DNA of 64,000 nt from Candidatus Zixiibacteriota bacterium (lineage in GTDB: Bacteria; Zixibacteria; MSB-5A5; GN15; FEB-12): assembly GCA_019038695.1 (NCBI GenBank), contig JAHOYZ010000026.1, forward strand, positions 57,626-121,625, read 5' to 3'. Below are positions 38,005 through 47,790 of the stretch, piece after piece. Position numbers and translations under genes: made by a program. A model generated the notes under the pieces. The model had not been told where the DNA came from. It saw nothing but the letters and a program-made list of their open reading frames with translations, and ran no database searches. Position 1 is the first letter of the stretch, and each line of letters opens with the position of its first letter.

Positions 38005-40479
38005 ATGAGCAAGTACTCTTCCAATGTTTTGTATCTGTTGCTGTCAATCTTGATCGTGATCGCTTACGTCAATGGATTCGGTCCGGTTGAGAATCTCCAG
38101 CGCTCTATCAATGATTACCTGTGCCAACTAACGGCACCAGAAGGTACCCGGGCTAATGTGGCTCTGGTCATGATTGATGATCGAGCCGAGGATGAATTTG
38201 GCAAGTGGCCATGGAACCGAGATGTCCTTGCCGATCTAATGGCCGCCACCGCCTCCGGTGAACCAAAGGTCATCGTCCTCAATACTGATCTCATCGAAGA
38301 TGCCTACCAGGACTCAGCCGGGTATACTTCCGTCCTGGCCGATCAACTAACCTGGATCGACAACGCCATTTTGCCGTACGATATTGCTCTGGCTACTTTT
38401 CGATCACAGAAAACCAACAATCCGGAATACCTGTTCCACTATTCAATTACAGTAGACAATCCTCTGGGTATTATGGATGAGCAATCCAGCTTGCTGGTTC
38501 GCCGAACTTTCCTGCCAGCCGAAAGACTATTGGAGAGCAAACCGTTACTTGGTTTCGCATACGTCAGACCGGATGACGACCGCTTATTAAGACACCAACC
38601 CCTCTTCATGAATTATGAGGGATACTACTATCCTTCCCTTTCACTACTGGCAGCCGCGACATATCTCGGTGTTAGCCCGAGCCAGATTCAAGTACGGGAG
38701 GGGCTTGAAGTAGCCATTGGATCAAGACAGACTATTCCTGTGAACAGTCAAGGTGAGTACTTTATAAGCCATCTGCCTAAAAAAGCGTTTGTTACATATT
38801 CTGCTGCTGATGTTCTCAGTGATGATTTCAATCGCTCCGCCCTGAGCGGCAAGGTAATCCTTATAGGAGTTGCCAACGGTGAAGGCTATGAGCTGGCTAC
38901 ACCGATGAGTACGACGGTATCGGCTGAAATCTTGCGGGCGACGATTATCGAGAACATCATTAATGATAACATATTGATGAAATTCAACCGACCTGTGGTT
39001 GACATGCTGATTCTCTTCGCCTTAGGGGCTTTGTGCGCTTTTGTCCTGCCCCTCCTTACGGTGCGCAATCGATTGCTTGTCCTTACAGGCTCTCTCGCCG
39101 TCACTGTAGGTCTCAACTATTATCTTGTCAGCTCTCTGCGGATTCTACCGGAAACAATCTATATCGGCCTGGAGCTAATAGCATTTATCGTCGCCGCTCC
39201 TATTATTGGTTCTCGATTCCTGGGCAACGCCGAAGCAGATGAGATTGATCCTGCCAATTCTGCCCAACTGGAGCCAGTCCAAACGAGCTCTTCCAAATCG
39301 ACAAATGCTCCAGAGCCACCTGTAAGAACAATTAAGCAAGAAGCCAACGATCCTGCCCTGTTAGGTACCAGAGCTCTGGGGTCTTCTGAAGAATTTCCCC
39401 CGGATCACCAGGCAATCGATATCGATAAGGACTTTGAAGATGATTCGTCGGGCCAGGCAGAAGAAGTCAATGAGACAATAGCATCATCGGATATTGATGC
39501 GATTGTGGAAACATGTACAACGGAAACAGATCCGCCGTCAGAAGAGAGAAGCAGTCCGCAGATCATAGGCTTTGACAGTCCACCGAAGGAGTCCGCCCCA
39601 CCTATCGTCGAAAAACAGGCCACAGAAGCTCAACCACTTCCGGCTGGAGCACCTGATCATCTGGGCCGTTACCAGGTAACCGGCAATCTCGGCAAGGGTG
39701 CGATGGGTATGGTCTACAAAGGAATCGATCCTGCTATTAATCGCCCGGTTGCCCTCAAGACAATTCGCCTCGACTTCGTCAATGATCCCGAGGAAATGGA
39801 AGAACTCAAGGAACGACTCTTCAGGGAAGCTCAGGCAGCCGGCAAACTATCGCATCCAAATATTGTGACAATCTACGATGTTGGCTCTGAAGATCAGTTG
39901 CAATACATCGCTATGGAGTTCCTGGAAGGCCAAACACTCGAGGACATGATAAAGAAAAAAGTTCAATTCAACTATCGGATCATCGCTCAGATTATCATTC
40001 AGATCTGTTCTGCCCTTCAATACGCTCATGAGCAGGGCATTGTACACCGTGATATCAAACCAGCCAACATCATGATCGGCGTCGACTACCGCGTTAAAGT
40101 CATGGATTACGGTATCGCTCGGATCGATTCCAACTCCATGACCAAGACCGGCATCGCGATGGGAACTCCCAATTATATCTCGCCCGAACAACTCAAAGGA
40201 TTGACCACTGACCACCGGGCAGACTTGTTCTCGCTGGGAGTTGTCTTGTACGAGATGCTGCTGGGTAAGCGCCCCTTTAAGGGAGAGAATATCACGTCGC
40301 TGATATACTCCGTCATGAACCACGAAGCGGAGAAACCATCAACGGTCAATCCGCAAATTCCACTTCTGTTTGATCGTATTATTTGGAAAGTGCTGGAGAA
40401 GAACCCCGATGCCCGTTACCAGAAAGCCTCGGATATCGCCGCCGACCTTAATGAGTTTGTAGAATCATTCGCCTCCTGA
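38005..40479 (+). CDS. Membrane sensor Ser/Thr protein kinase: N-terminal periplasmic CHASE2-like domain, three TM helices, acidic disordered linker, C-terminal Hanks-type kinase
   Basis: N-terminal TM, then a CHASE2-like block (VALVMIDDRAEDEFGKWPWNRDVLADL). Three TMs sit around residues 335-400. The kinase carries GNLGKGAMGMVYKG...ALK (Gly-loop and Lys), HRDIKPANIM (catalytic loop), DYGIA (DFG variant) and GTPNYISPE. Confidence 0.75.
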   Translation: MSKYSSNVLYLLLSILIVIAYVNGFGPVENLQRSINDYLCQLTAPEGTRANVALVMIDDRAEDEFGKWPWNRDVLADLMAATASGEPKVIVLNTDLIEDAYQDSAGYTSVLADQLTWIDNAILPYDIALATFRSQKTNNPEYLFHYSITVDNPLGIMDEQSSLLVRRTFLPAERLLESKPLLGFAYVRPDDDRLLRHQPLFMNYEGYYYPSLSLLAAATYLGVSPSQIQVREGLEVAIGSRQTIPVNSQGEYFISHLPKKAFVTYSAADVLSDDFNRSALSGKVILIGVANGEGYELATPMSTTVSAEILRATIIENIINDNILMKFNRPVVDMLILFALGALCAFVLPLLTVRNRLLVLTGSLAVTVGLNYYLVSSLRILPETIYIGLELIAFIVAAPIIGSRFLGNAEADEIDPANSAQLEPVQTSSSKSTNAPEPPVRTIKQEANDPALLGTRALGSSEEFPPDHQAIDIDKDFEDDSSGQAEEVNETIASSDIDAIVETCTTETDPPSEERSSPQIIGFDSPPKESAPPIVEKQATEAQPLPAGAPDHLGRYQVTGNLGKGAMGMVYKGIDPAINRPVALKTIRLDFVNDPEEMEELKERLFREAQAAGKLSHPNIVTIYDVGSEDQLQYIAMEFLEGQTLEDMIKKKVQFNYRIIAQIIIQICSALQYAHEQGIVHRDIKPANIMIGVDYRVKVMDYGIARIDSNSMTKTGIAMGTPNYISPEQLKGLTTDHRADLFSLGVVLYEMLLGKRPFKGENITSLIYSVMNHEAEKPSTVNPQIPLLFDRIIWKVLEKNPDARYQKASDIAADLNEFVESFAS

Positions 40480-40520
40480 AAATGGCGCAGTAGCTGCATA
40501 ACCAGAGAGATAATTACGAG

Positions 40521-40556
40521 AAGGCCACCCCGGTAGGAGTGGCCTTTTTTGTCTAT
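40521..40556 (+). terminator. Rho-independent terminator after the kinase gene
   Basis: AAGGCCAC-cccggtagga-GTGGCCTT, then TTTTTT. Confidence 0.55.
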
Positions 40557-40588
40557 AGATCGATTACTGGATCGGTTGCAGGCAATGG

Positions 40589-41059
40589 CTATTCATCCGG
40601 GCTAACGTCTTGCTCGTTATTGTCTTGTGTGAGGATTTCTTCCGCCAACGACATAGCCACGCCGGAGAGCATCACCTCTACCCCCAATTGGGTGAAGTCT
40701 GAGGAAATTAATTCTCTGCTGATAGACGCATACTGCGAGCATGATGCTCCTCTCTCAACGACCAGGCCGCTAAGTTGGTTCTCCGCTTCCGCGATGAAGG
40801 TGACTTCGCCAAGTTCTTCTGAAACGACATAACCCGTACAATTATGCAATTGCACGTGGGCGTTACCGGTATAGACAACCACCAGCATACCACGTTTCTT
40901 GCCGAGTGTAACCTCGGGATAAACTTCAAGACGAAGGGCACGCTTCTCCTCAGGATTATCAACCTTGAACCGGTAATGATCGGCTGTAAAACTGACCTGT
41001 TGCGATTCAATAACGGCAGCTACCTTATCAGCATCAGCTTTTGAGAACTGGTTACTCAT
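40589..41059 (-). CDS. Hypothetical cytoplasmic protein (156 aa) downstream of tatA
   Basis: ORF of good length with no recognised motifs. Co-directional with tatA, 36-nt gap. Confidence 0.35.
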   Translation of the reverse strand: MSNQFSKADADKVAAVIESQQVSFTADHYRFKVDNPEEKRALRLEVYPEVTLGKKRGMLVVVYTGNAHVQLHNCTGYVVSEELGEVTFIAEAENQLSGLVVERGASCSQYASISRELISSDFTQLGVEVMLSGVAMSLAEEILTQDNNEQDVSPDE

Positions 41060-41095
41060 AGCTCTTCTCTGTCGTTCATGGGACAGTTGACCGTC

Positions 41096-41326
41096 CTAAT
41101 GATCGTCTTTACTATCTTTGTCATTCGGACGTGAGTCTTTGCTCTTGGACGCATCATCGTCCATCGATCCCTTGATCTCGTCGGTAGTATCCTTAACCGA
41201 CTTCTTGAACTCCCGAATCCCCTTTCCCAGTCCCTGGGCGATATCGGGAAGTCGCTTGGCGCCAAACAAGAGCAATATGACAAGAAAAATGAGCGCCAGT
41301 TCGCCAAACCCCAGGCCAAAGGGCAT
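41096..41326 (-). CDS. tatA: Twin-arginine translocase subunit TatA/E
   Basis: MPFGLGFGELALIFLVILLLFGAKRLPDIAQGLGKGIREFKK is the TatA TM helix plus amphipathic helix, with an acidic tail. Confidence 0.8.
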   Translation of the reverse strand: MPFGLGFGELALIFLVILLLFGAKRLPDIAQGLGKGIREFKKSVKDTTDEIKGSMDDDASKSKDSRPNDKDSKDDH

Positions 41327-41353
41327 CTTATACCTCCACGACTTGCAGTACCT

Positions 41354-41620
41354 TTATAGGTACCACCATCTAAAGTATATTATCACCAAAAGTAACACCA
41401 ACACCGACATGAAGTTTATCTTGAGCATCAGTCCAATCGTGAACGATATGGCATAAAAATCAACTTTTACGGTATCAAAACCGATCTCAATAGACTTAGT
41501 AAACACGGTCTTGGCGGCTCCAGCCGGAAGAAAAGTACCGATAATGTCTCCAATGAGTCCGCCTGCCACAGCGCCCAAAACGAGTGCAACCAGAATGAAT
41601 GTTACTTCCCGCTTCTTCAT
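41354..41620 (-). CDS. Small two-TM membrane protein (DUF4321-like)
   Basis: 88 aa, hydrophobic at N- and C-terminus ([21 protein letters not shown] ... [14 protein letters not shown]). It overlaps the purQ stop by 4 nt. Confidence 0.45.
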   Translation of the reverse strand: MKKREVTFILVALVLGAVAGGLIGDIIGTFLPAGAAKTVFTKSIEIGFDTVKVDFYAISFTIGLMLKINFMSVLVLLLVIIYFRWWYL

Positions 41621-42387
41621 CTGTGACTCGCTCCCGTCATCGCAGCCAGTCCGGCCCGGACCGATTCAAATATGCGCAACCCATCCGTGGATCCAAGAAT
41701 GTTCTCGACCACACGTTCGGGATGGGGCATCATTCCAAGCACATTTCCCTCCTCGTTGCAGATCCCGGCAATGTTGTTGATAGAGCCGTTGGGATTGGCT
41801 TGGGCAGTTACTTTGCCATCGACATCACAGTAGCGAAAAACAACCTGGCCAGCGTCTTCCAGTTTCTTGATCTCATCGTCGAAGTGATAGTAGTTGCCCT
41901 CACCGTGAGCGATGGGAATCCTTAGTACCTCCCCCTCCTGACACAGTTGCGTATATGGGCCGGTCTTCTGTTCCACCCGGAGATAGACATATTTACAAGC
42001 AAACCGTAAGTGGGCATTGCGCATCAGGGCACCCGGCAACAGACTGCATTCGGTCAGAATCTGAAACCCGTTGCAGATCCCCATCACCAATCCACCCGAC
42101 CGGGCAAAATCGATTACAGATTCCATTATTGGTGAGAACCGGGCTATCGCCCCACCTCGGAGGTAGTCGCCATATGAGAACCCCCCCGGCAGTATTACCA
42201 GATCGCAACCCAAAAGATCCGTGGACTTGTGCCATAGGAATTCCACGTCTTCACCCATGACATGCCTGATCGCGGCATAAGCATCGTAGTCACAGTTGGA
42301 GCCTGGAAATGTAACGACGCCTACTTTCATGAGGGCCTTTCGACCGTATAGCTTTCGATAACCGGATTGGCCAACAGCCGTGAGCAA
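41617..42387 (-). CDS. purQ: Phosphoribosylformylglycinamidine synthase, glutamine amidotransferase subunit PurQ
   Basis: [15 protein letters not shown]-terminus, catalytic Cys block GICNGFQIL, and the His/Glu region near MPHPER. Confidence 0.85.
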   Translation of the reverse strand: MLTAVGQSGYRKLYGRKALMKVGVVTFPGSNCDYDAYAAIRHVMGEDVEFLWHKSTDLLGCDLVILPGGFSYGDYLRGGAIARFSPIMESVIDFARSGGLVMGICNGFQILTECSLLPGALMRNAHLRFACKYVYLRVEQKTGPYTQLCQEGEVLRIPIAHGEGNYYHFDDEIKKLEDAGQVVFRYCDVDGKVTAQANPNGSINNIAGICNEEGNVLGMMPHPERVVENILGSTDGLRIFESVRAGLAAMTGASHR

Positions 42388-42578
42388 ACTTCTTCGACTC
42401 GCTTATCAATGTTGTCCGCGTTAGATTGGATCTCCAGTTCAAAAAACCGGCCGGTCCGTACCGAAGTAAACTCGTTGTATCCCATCTGCAACAGGGCTTT
42501 GTGAATAGTCACACCCTGCGGGTCAAGCACTCCGTCTTTGAGTCGCACATGGACAACCGCTTTTTTATTGGCACTCAT
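42327..42578 (-). CDS. purS: Phosphoribosylformylglycinamidine synthase subunit PurS. Start chosen at the internal MSANKK; the longer ORF runs to 42650.
   Basis: [43 protein letters not shown] is characteristic of PurS. It lies upstream of purQ. Confidence 0.7.
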   Translation of the reverse strand: MSANKKAVVHVRLKDGVLDPQGVTIHKALLQMGYNEFTSVRTGRFFELEIQSNADNIDKRVEEVCSRLLANPVIESYTVERPS

Positions 42579-43341
42579 CTTCTTGTTTCCTGTCATTCTT
42601 ACGCCGGCGGTACGGATGCGAACGTCTAGTGACTTTGCCGACACCAGCATACGCCAAGCGGTATAATTCTCGAATCATCCCAAATAGTATATATGATGCC
42701 AAAACTGGAAACAACAAAAGTCTCGGTTGGATTATCGTCAACACCGCACCCACAACAAGCGCCAGAAGTTTCAGCCGACTGGCCCTGGTATCGAAACTAT
42801 CAGGAACAACGTCATATTGGATCTGGGACACCATGAGAAAAGCGAAAAGGATTATCATAGTCACCAGGATTTCACTGTATTCCAATCCCCCCCACAAATT
42901 ATACGAGAAAATAACAAACGCGACTATCGTCAGTGCCGCAGCCGGTACCGGCAATCCGAGGAAATCTTTTTTTTCATCTGTGTCTGCCAATACATTAAAA
43001 CGAGCCAGGCGGTATGATGCCGCCATGATGTAGACAATCGAAATGATCCAGCCCCATTTGCCGAGACTGGAGAGTTTGATTGTATGTACGAGCACAGCTG
43101 GAGCCACGCCAAAGGATAGGAAATCGGCCAGCGAATCCAACTCGACCCCGAACTGCGAGGCTCCACCTGAAAGCCGTGCCACCTTGCCGTCCAGAGCATC
43201 GAGGAACCCGGCCAGCACCACAAACCAGCAAGCAGTCGTTATGTTTCCTTCGAATGCGGACAGGATCGACAGAAAACCACAGACAACATTGCCCATGGTA
43301 AAAGTGCCCGGGAATATGCCTCTATAGTTCTTCGACATCAC
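42565..43341 (-). CDS. pssA: CDP-diacylglycerol--serine O-phosphatidyltransferase (CDP-alcohol phosphatidyltransferase family)
   Basis: D-G-x2-A-R-x8-G-x3-D-x3-D motif: FLDALDGKVARLSGGASQFGVELDSLAD. Multiple TM helices. Confidence 0.8.
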   Translation of the reverse strand: MMSKNYRGIFPGTFTMGNVVCGFLSILSAFEGNITTACWFVVLAGFLDALDGKVARLSGGASQFGVELDSLADFLSFGVAPAVLVHTIKLSSLGKWGWIISIVYIMAASYRLARFNVLADTDEKKDFLGLPVPAAALTIVAFVIFSYNLWGGLEYSEILVTMIILFAFLMVSQIQYDVVPDSFDTRASRLKLLALVVGAVLTIIQPRLLLFPVLASYILFGMIRELYRLAYAGVGKVTRRSHPYRRRKNDRKQEDECQ

Positions 43342-44026
43342 TTTCTGTTACGTTGTCCGGCTGTGGTTGGTTGCCCACATGGTCCGGAAGATATCCTATT
43401 ACCGTTGTTCCACCCTTGACACGGTCACCCATCTTCACAGCCAGGTTCCAGGTGGCAGGTACAATCAGATCACTGCGCGACCCGAATCGAATCATACCAA
43501 ACCTTTCACCGGCGGCTACGGAGTCACCCTCACTGAGTCGGCAAACTATACGGCGTGCGATCAGACCGGCAATCTGGGTAAATACCAGTTTGTGTCCCTG
43601 GGGAGTTGTCAGACCGATTTCTGTCCGTTCGTTCAGATCAGAGGCCTTGTCAGCGAAAGCGGCCATGAACTTACCTGGATTATATTGTACGTAGTCGATC
43701 GTTCCTCCACAGGGCACACGATTAATATGTACATCAAAAACAGATAAGAAAATCGATATTCTGGTCGCCGGGCCGTCAATATGAGGATGATCAATCGGTT
43801 CAATTGCCACAACGAGACCATCGGCCGGTGCTAACATAGCCAGATGATCATCGGGAATGATACGATCGGGGTCGCGAAAGAAAAAAGCCATTATCACCGT
43901 GAGTACGGCCAGACACGAAGCCACAATCATCAACACCAGGCTATCCCAGCGCAAAGCACCAAAAAGAACAGCGATTGATAACGCCAAAGCTACGAATATG
44001 AAAGACCAACCATCCCGAACAATCAT
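43322..44026 (-). CDS. psd: Phosphatidylserine decarboxylase proenzyme (short type)
   Basis: Psd pattern (FLSVFDVHINRVPCGG...GERFGMIRFGSRSD) with a GS-type self-cleavage site. Adjacent to pssA. Confidence 0.8.
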   Translation of the reverse strand: MIVRDGWSFIFVALALSIAVLFGALRWDSLVLMIVASCLAVLTVIMAFFFRDPDRIIPDDHLAMLAPADGLVVAIEPIDHPHIDGPATRISIFLSVFDVHINRVPCGGTIDYVQYNPGKFMAAFADKASDLNERTEIGLTTPQGHKLVFTQIAGLIARRIVCRLSEGDSVAAGERFGMIRFGSRSDLIVPATWNLAVKMGDRVKGGTTVIGYLPDHVGNQPQPDNVTESDVEEL

Positions 44027-45318
44027 TTACGGAACACTCGACTGAATATTTTTCCAACGTTTTTCGTATAGTAGCCCAGATCGAAGGAAGTGTCAATCTC
44101 TGCGTCTGAGAGGTGCTTGCGAATCTCCCGGTCGCCGTGAACCAGTTCCCGGAAGGAGCCTCTACCCTCCATGGCCGCCATAGCGTTCTTCTGCACGAGA
44201 CGGTACGCCTTGTCCCGGGAGCCCATCGGCGCGGTCAACAACAGCAATAACCGTTGCGAAAACACAACGCCGCCCCGGAAGTATATATTGTCAAGCATCC
44301 GCTTCTCGTTGACCACCAACCCCTTCAACAGGTCGATGAACTTCTGAAGTCCGTAGTCCGCAAGGATGGTAGCATCTGGCAAAATCACACGTTCAACTGA
44401 CGAATGCGCAATATCTCGCTCATGCCAAAGCGCGATGTTCTCCATGGCGGTTCCGGCATAACCTCGTATTAGGCGTGCAACACCAGTGATATTCTCGGCC
44501 GTGATCGGGTTTTTCTTGTGCGGCATGGCCGACGAGCCTTTTTGCTTCTTACTAAATCCCTCGGCCATCTCCCCCACTTCGGTACGTTGCTGGTGCCGGA
44601 TTTCAGTTGCAAATTTCTCCAGCGATGAACCCATTATGGCCAATGCGGTAATTAAGTTGGCATGACGGTCACGTTGAATCACCTGAGTTGAAACCTTGGC
44701 AGGCGTTAGACCCAGCTTCCGGCATACAGCAGTCTCAACCCGCGGGTCGAGGTTGGCGAAATTCCCGACCGCACCGGATATCTTGCCCACCGCGATTTCT
44801 TGGGCGGCCGCCCTGAAACGAACCTGAGAGCGCTGCAACTCGGTATACCACATGGCAAACTTCAGACCGACAGTCGTCGGTTCGGCCAGTACTCCATGAG
44901 TGCGTCCCATGCAGGGAGTCATCTTGTGCTCCCTGGCGAGTTTCTTGATCTCCCTGAGGGCAATAGTAATCTTCTTGTCAATAATCTCAGTAGCACGCTT
45001 GAGGTTCAACGACAAAGCGGTATCGAGGACGTCGGAGGAAGTCATTCCAAAATGGATATACTTCGCCTCTTCGCCGACAAATTCTCCGACCGAGGTCAGG
45101 AAAGCGATAACATCATGATTGACTTCAGCCTCAATCTCATCGATCCGCTTAATATCAAACTTCGCTTTCTTTTCAATGACCTTGAACGCTTTCTCGGGAA
45201 TGATCTTCAGTTTAGCCATAGCCCGAGCGGCTTCAACTTCCACTTCAAGCCAGGCACTAAACTTTGCATCGTCGGTCCAGAGCGCCCCCATTTCCGGCAA
45301 TGTGTACCGTTCAATCAT
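44023..45318 (-). CDS. purB: Adenylosuccinate lyase
   Basis: MIERYTLPEMGALWTDDAKF N-terminus plus the fumarate-lyase signature region GSSAMPHKKNP. Confidence 0.9.
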   Translation of the reverse strand: MIERYTLPEMGALWTDDAKFSAWLEVEVEAARAMAKLKIIPEKAFKVIEKKAKFDIKRIDEIEAEVNHDVIAFLTSVGEFVGEEAKYIHFGMTSSDVLDTALSLNLKRATEIIDKKITIALREIKKLAREHKMTPCMGRTHGVLAEPTTVGLKFAMWYTELQRSQVRFRAAAQEIAVGKISGAVGNFANLDPRVETAVCRKLGLTPAKVSTQVIQRDRHANLITALAIMGSSLEKFATEIRHQQRTEVGEMAEGFSKKQKGSSAMPHKKNPITAENITGVARLIRGYAGTAMENIALWHERDIAHSSVERVILPDATILADYGLQKFIDLLKGLVVNEKRMLDNIYFRGGVVFSQRLLLLLTAPMGSRDKAYRLVQKNAMAAMEGRGSFRELVHGDREIRKHLSDAEIDTSFDLGYYTKNVGKIFSRVFRK

Positions 45319-45320
45319 TA

Positions 45321-45965
45321 CTACTTGCCGGCCTTCTTATAATCTTCGAGGAACTTGGCCAGACCGATATCTGTCAGAGGATGCTTGATCAGTTTGGCGA
45401 TGACATCGTAAGGCATGGTAACAACATCCGCACCAAGCATGGCCGATTCGACTACATGCATAGGATGCCGTACCGAAGCCACCAGCACTTCGGTTTCAAA
45501 AAGGAAATTCGAGTAGATCGTGACGATTTGATCAATCAGATCCATGCCGCTCTGCGACACGTCATCCAGACGGCCAATAAACGGGGAAACAAAAGTCGCT
45601 CCGGCCTTGGCTACCAATAATGCCTGGGATGGCGAGAAGACAAGGGTGGCGTTTGTCTTGATACCGTCGCTACTGAGAGATTTGATAGCTCGTAAACCTT
45701 CCAGAATCGTGGGTATCTTGACCACAATGTTGTCAGCGATCTTAGCCAACTCAGCCGCTTCTTTCATCATTCCATCGTAGTCGGTGGCGAGAACTTCGGC
45801 CGAGACCGGACCGGGAACGATCTTACAAATGTCAACCAGCAGGTCTTTATAAGGCGCTGTCTCCTTGGCGGCCAGAGAGGGGTTAGTGGTAACACCATCG
45901 AGAACGCCCATAGCGGCGGCCGATTTGATCTGCTCGATATTGGCAGTATCAATAAAGAACTTCAT
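45321..45965 (-). CDS. Transaldolase-type / fructose-6-phosphate aldolase (short Tal/FsaA class)
   Basis: [14 protein letters not shown]...GVTTNPSL N-terminal signature. A Schiff-base Lys region of about 214 aa. Confidence 0.8.
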   Translation of the reverse strand: MKFFIDTANIEQIKSAAAMGVLDGVTTNPSLAAKETAPYKDLLVDICKIVPGPVSAEVLATDYDGMMKEAAELAKIADNIVVKIPTILEGLRAIKSLSSDGIKTNATLVFSPSQALLVAKAGATFVSPFIGRLDDVSQSGMDLIDQIVTIYSNFLFETEVLVASVRHPMHVVESAMLGADVVTMPYDVIAKLIKHPLTDIGLAKFLEDYKKAGK

Positions 45966-45978
45966 ACGTTAAATCCCT

Positions 45979-46797
45979 TCAATACTTAACCGTCACCAGG
46001 TACAACCCTTGTGGCGGCGCGGTGAAAACTACGCGCTGAGCTGTCGGAGTGTGCAAAATATCCGCAAAGCCTTCTAAAGTCAAGTTCTCCCGATGATTGT
46101 CCGGATATACTGTAGCCAGATTAACCATAGCCCCTACCAGAATCCTTACCATGTTGTGCAGAAAGCGGTTACCCCGCACTTCAAAAACCAGCAGAGGCCC
46201 AATCTTTCTCCACCTGGCCACATGAATCAGACAACGGTTGTCCTCCTTAAGCGAAGCCACTACACAGAAGGCCGAAAAATCATGCTCACCTGTTACCAGT
46301 TCAGCCGCCTTTTGTAGCCTGGCATAATCCAAATCCCGAACATACTCCCAGCGCAGCTGGCGGTGAAGTGCCGATCTCTCATTTCCAATCAAGTATCGAT
46401 AGCGCTTCCAGAGAGCATCTCGTCGAGCATTGAAATCCAAGGGTACTTCCACTGACTTTTTTACGCGAATATCGTCCGCGAGGTAGTAGTTGAGGGCGTC
46501 CCGATAACGTTCCGGTTCAATATTGTGGTCAATTCGAAAATTAGCTACCTGGCCGAGTGCGTGCACGCCGGCATCGGTGCGGCCAGCACCAGTCAACTTC
46601 ACCTTCTTGCCAGTCGTACGTAAAATAGCTTCGGTTAGCTCTCCCTGAATCGTGCGCTCTACGGCCTGAATCTGCCAACCCGCATAGCCGGTACCAGAAT
46701 ACTCGATCACCAGTCTGATGTTTCTATCAGCCATAATCAGCCTGTCACCACAAAAAGCGCGACCACAATTACCGTACTCCCAGTTACAAACACCCAT
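45979..46797 (-). CDS. truA: tRNA pseudouridine(38-40) synthase TruA. Start probably at the internal MADRNIRLVIEY.
   Basis: Catalytic Asp block GAGRTDAGVHALGQV, and YSGTGYAGWQIQ near the N-terminus. Confidence 0.8.
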   Translation of the reverse strand: MGVCNWEYGNCGRAFCGDRLIMADRNIRLVIEYSGTGYAGWQIQAVERTIQGELTEAILRTTGKKVKLTGAGRTDAGVHALGQVANFRIDHNIEPERYRDALNYYLADDIRVKKSVEVPLDFNARRDALWKRYRYLIGNERSALHRQLRWEYVRDLDYARLQKAAELVTGEHDFSAFCVVASLKEDNRCLIHVARWRKIGPLLVFEVRGNRFLHNMVRILVGAMVNLATVYPDNHRENLTLEGFADILHTPTAQRVVFTAPPQGLYLVTVKY

Positions 46798-47540
46798 TCG
46801 CGTTTCCCGAACTTTAATTGGGAATAAACGGTACGCAGTACCTCACCTCGGTAGCCCCGAGCTTCGATTGCAAGCGCCAGTTCGTCAGCTCGCTGCAAGG
46901 CGGCCACAAACACCGGGATGATTATGCACACTGTTTTCCTGATACGATTGAATATCGATCCCGTAAAGCGCACCCCGCGAATGATCTGGGCATTGCGAAT
47001 AGTCTCAAACTCCTGGTAGAGAACGGGAATAAATCTAATGGCCATAAACAGGATCAAAGCCAGGTCCTGGACAGGAATACGCAGACGGCGCAACGGCGAC
47101 AAAACCCGGGCAAAAGCATTAGCCAGCTCTGAAGGTGAACTTGTAAGGGTCACCAAAAAGGCAAACGACACGAACAGAATCAAACGGAGTGAAAAGAAGC
47201 CAGCCATCCTGACTGCCCCCTCGGTAAGCTCGAAGCCGTACAGGTTCCAAAGTACCGGGGTTCCTATGCCTGAGAAAACCAGATGGTACAACGAAGTAAT
47301 CACCGCCAGGATCAGAATCGGTCGAAAATTGGCCATCAACTTTGATGGCGCCACACCTGATCGGAGCAGGCCTATAAGCAGGATACTCAAGATAGCGATG
47401 TGAAAAATGAATGAGGATGTCAATAGAGCCAATACCAGGACCACTGTCACCGGCAACATCTTGGCTCGAGCATCGAGTCGGTGAAGATAGGAATCATGTG
47501 GGCGATACTGTCCCAGTAGAATTGGTGCCGTTTCAAACAT
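46737..47540 (-). CDS. ecfT: Energy-coupling-factor transporter transmembrane component EcfT/CbiQ
   Basis: 5-6 TM helices. The Ala-Arg-Gly coupling motif lies in the C-terminal helix region (...ALAIEARGYRG...). Confidence 0.65.
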   Translation of the reverse strand: MFETAPILLGQYRPHDSYLHRLDARAKMLPVTVVLVLALLTSSFIFHIAILSILLIGLLRSGVAPSKLMANFRPILILAVITSLYHLVFSGIGTPVLWNLYGFELTEGAVRMAGFFSLRLILFVSFAFLVTLTSSPSELANAFARVLSPLRRLRIPVQDLALILFMAIRFIPVLYQEFETIRNAQIIRGVRFTGSIFNRIRKTVCIIIPVFVAALQRADELALAIEARGYRGEVLRTVYSQLKFGKREWVFVTGSTVIVVALFVVTG

Positions 47541-47591
47541 ACCGACAAAGTAATGCTATTAGCTGAAAATTGAAAGCACAGAGAACGGATG

Positions 47592-47789
47592 TTAGTCTTT
47601 TGATGACCGTTTGTCTGACTTGTCCAGATTGATGACTGTCGGATACTTCAACGAGGAATTATTAAGGGCACACTTTGAGCATCCAGGCTCTGTACGCCGC
47701 CGCCGACGATAGTAACGAACGACCAGATAAATAATGGCCAGTATTAAGAGCGCTATGACCACTACGTATTGCCAGAGAACTTCCGTCAT
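47592..47789 (-). CDS. FeoB-associated Cys-rich small membrane protein
   Basis: 65 aa: MTEVLWQYVVVIALLILAIIYLVVRYYRRRRR...CSKC is a single TM with a basic run and then Cys residues. Its ATG sits 1 nt after the feoB TAA (TAATATG). Confidence 0.5.
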   Translation of the reverse strand: MTEVLWQYVVVIALLILAIIYLVVRYYRRRRRTEPGCSKCALNNSSLKYPTVINLDKSDKRSSKD

Positions 47790-47790
47790 A

